From a virus (taxonomy: Duplodnaviria; Heunggongvirae; Uroviricota; Caudoviricetes): DNA of 6,609 bases. Positions 5,398 through 6,609 of this stretch are shown here, in pieces. The notes under the pieces are model-generated. The model saw only the letters and a program-made list of their open reading frames with translations, ran no database searches and was not told where the DNA came from. Each line of letters opens with the position of its first letter. Positions within the stretch are counted from its first letter, which is position 1. The stretch spans positions 1 to 6,609 of the IMG/VR virus record IMGVR_UViG_3300018483_000003; one strand, given 5' to 3'. A program made the translations under genes and the position numbers.

Positions 5398-5580
5398 ATG
5401 AATCTTGACGAGCAAGATGCACAAACTATTAGCTCATACATAAGGGCATCAAGACCAGATTACAAAGGTCCGGTATTCGTAGATTTATCTCGCCTTGAGG
5501 AGATTTACATGTGGGAAGCAAAGCTACGTACGCATCTTTTTATTCGTAAGATGACTAGCAACATTACAAAACCAATGTAA
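5398..5580 (+). CDS. Hypothetical protein (60 aa)
   Basis: ATG at 5398 preceded by purine-rich GGGAGAGGGAAG (5383-5394). The track ORF starts at an upstream TTG (5380). Product MNLDEQDAQTISSYIRASRPDYKGPVF...; no family recognised. Confidence 0.5.
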   Translation: MNLDEQDAQTISSYIRASRPDYKGPVFVDLSRLEEIYMWEAKLRTHLFIRKMTSNITKPM

Positions 5581-5594
5581 CTGGAGAGGTGAAT

Positions 5595-5810
5595 ATGAGC
5601 ACACTCGCAGACCTTATTCATGCCGATATGGCGGAAGATGGAGCAAGGCGTAATAGGTACTGGAAATCATCAAGCCTTCCAGTTTGTGAAAGATTCAACC
5701 ACAGGCCAAAACCAAAACGTAGCCGACGAGACAAAGTATTGAAAAAACTCATGCAAATTAACATGGCTGGTTTTGTCAGATTCGTGAGTGAAACGACTAA
5801 CGGGGATTGA
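5595..5810 (+). CDS. Hypothetical basic protein (71 aa)
   Basis: ATG at 5595 with GGAGAGG (5584-5590) upstream; GTG at 5589 is an alternative start. Contains a very basic segment RPKPKRSRRDKVLKK. The stop (5808-5810) is 1 nt before the next ORF's ATG. Confidence 0.5.
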   Translation: MSTLADLIHADMAEDGARRNRYWKSSSLPVCERFNHRPKPKRSRRDKVLKKLMQINMAGFVRFVSETTNGD

Positions 5811-5811
5811 T

Positions 5812-6078
5812 ATGGACGAATCAAGAAAGCAGTTTGAAGAATGGTTTGAAAATTACACCGGATGTGATCCTAAAAATAAAATATACGCCAATATGGTTGA
5901 GATGTATTGGCAAGCGTGGCAGGCATCGCGAGCAGCTATCGAGATTGAGTGTCCTGGAAAAAGAGAGCGTGAGGCATTTTCTACCGATTTCGAGGATGGG
6001 GTCACATTTGGTTATAACGACGCAATTAGTGAATGCGAAGGACGGATTCGCGCTGCTGGAGTCAAAGTGAAGGAGTGA
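5812..6078 (+). CDS. Hypothetical acidic protein (88 aa)
   Basis: ATG at 5812 directly after the previous stop; the track uses GTG at 5788. Product MDESRKQFEEWFENYTGCDPKNKIYANMVEMYWQAWQ...; Trp- and acid-rich. The stop is followed by the ninB RBS. Confidence 0.55.
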   Translation: MDESRKQFEEWFENYTGCDPKNKIYANMVEMYWQAWQASRAAIEIECPGKREREAFSTDFEDGVTFGYNDAISECEGRIRAAGVKVKE

Positions 6079-6080
6079 CG

Positions 6081-6491
6081 ATGAAGCAAACAATCTTCCT
6101 CCGAACTAAGCAACAACAGCAAGCCGCAATCAACGCCATCCTCGCAACACCACTCGATAAAGACAAGCCAGTCACCATCCGCATTACTGACTACAAGCGC
6201 AACCTTGACCAGAACGCAAAATTTCACGCGATGCTGGCGGATATCGCTCGTCAGGTTCAATGGTGCGATAAATGGCTAAAACCAGAACAATGGAAGGTTT
6301 TGTTGATCAGCGGTCATGCAGTGGCAACAAAACAGGAAGCTGATGTTTTGCCCGGCCTTGAAGGCGAATACGTCAACATTCGCGAAAGCAGCGCGCAGAT
6401 GAGTGTGAAGCGTATGGCAAGTCTAATTGAGTACACGACAGCATGGGCTATTGGTCAGGGTGTCAGATTTACCGACAGGAGGTACGAATGA
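6081..6491 (+). CDS. ninB: NinB (Orf-family recombination mediator, 136 aa)
   Basis: ATG at 6081 with AAGGAG (6070-6075) 5 nt upstream. Motifs [33 protein letters not shown] resemble lambda NinB/Orf as I recall it. The track's upstream extension (6033) overlaps the preceding gene and lacks an RBS. Confidence 0.85.
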   Translation: MKQTIFLRTKQQQQAAINAILATPLDKDKPVTIRITDYKRNLDQNAKFHAMLADIARQVQWCDKWLKPEQWKVLLISGHAVATKQEADVLPGLEGEYVNIRESSAQMSVKRMASLIEYTTAWAIGQGVRFTDRRYE

Positions 6492-6609
6492 GACGACAGC
6501 GACGAAGTATCACCGACATCATCTGCGAAAACTGCAAATACCTTCCAACGAAACGCTCCAGAAATAAACGCAAGCCAATCCCAAAAGAATCTGACGTAAA
6601 AACCTTCAA
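6488..6609 (+). CDS. ninE: NinE (5' part only; truncated by the window end)
   Basis: ATG at 6488 overlaps the ninB stop as ATGA. The translation [40 protein letters not shown] matches my recollection of the lambda NinE N-terminus. The ORF is open to the window end. Confidence 0.7.
   Translation, partial: MRRQRRSITDIICENCKYLPTKRSRNKRKPIPKESDVKTF

Noticed and set aside
6033-6080. Upstream extension of ninB to 6033
   Set aside because: Overlaps the preceding gene; the ATG at 6081 has a strong AAGGAG RBS and yields a NinB-like N-terminus.
5618-6260. Overlapping track ORFs 5618-5824 (-), 5807-6070 (+), 5821-6093 (-) and 6012-6260 (-)
   Set aside because: They overlap the tandem, RBS-bearing plus-strand gene series (5595-5810, 5812-6078, ninB) either antisense or out of frame, and have no recognisable features.
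1-6609. CRISPR arrays, tRNA or rRNA genes, IS elements and integrase
   Set aside because: No regularly spaced repeat-spacer arrays, no cloverleaf-like conserved tRNA features, and no transposase- or integrase-like ORFs or terminal inverted repeats were seen.

Overview
This window reads as the immunity, early-regulation and replication core of a lambdoid prophage, probably enterobacterial. The leftward arm (minus strand) runs pL/oL, nutL, N antiterminator, then two AT-rich accessory genes of unknown function (a charged 112-aa protein and a 100-aa two-helix membrane protein), each followed by an intrinsic terminator. The centre holds a leaderless CI repressor gene (HTH plus LexA-like S24 domain), a divergent oR region with three 18-bp operators, cro, nutR, cII with a TTGC-N6-TTGC pRE motif, and a possible 48-aa ORF. 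The rightward arm carries an O-like replication initiator with internal iterons and an AT-rich tract (putative ori), a DnaB-family helicase, a strong intrinsic terminator, three small unknown ORFs, ninB and the start of ninE. From memory, repressor and Cro look P22-like while N and both boxB hairpins look phage-21-like; all homology statements are recollection, not searches. No tRNA, rRNA, CRISPR array or transposase was seen. The best candidates for undescribed biology are the two-gene AT-rich cassette downstream of N and the three-ORF cluster between the helicase and ninB.
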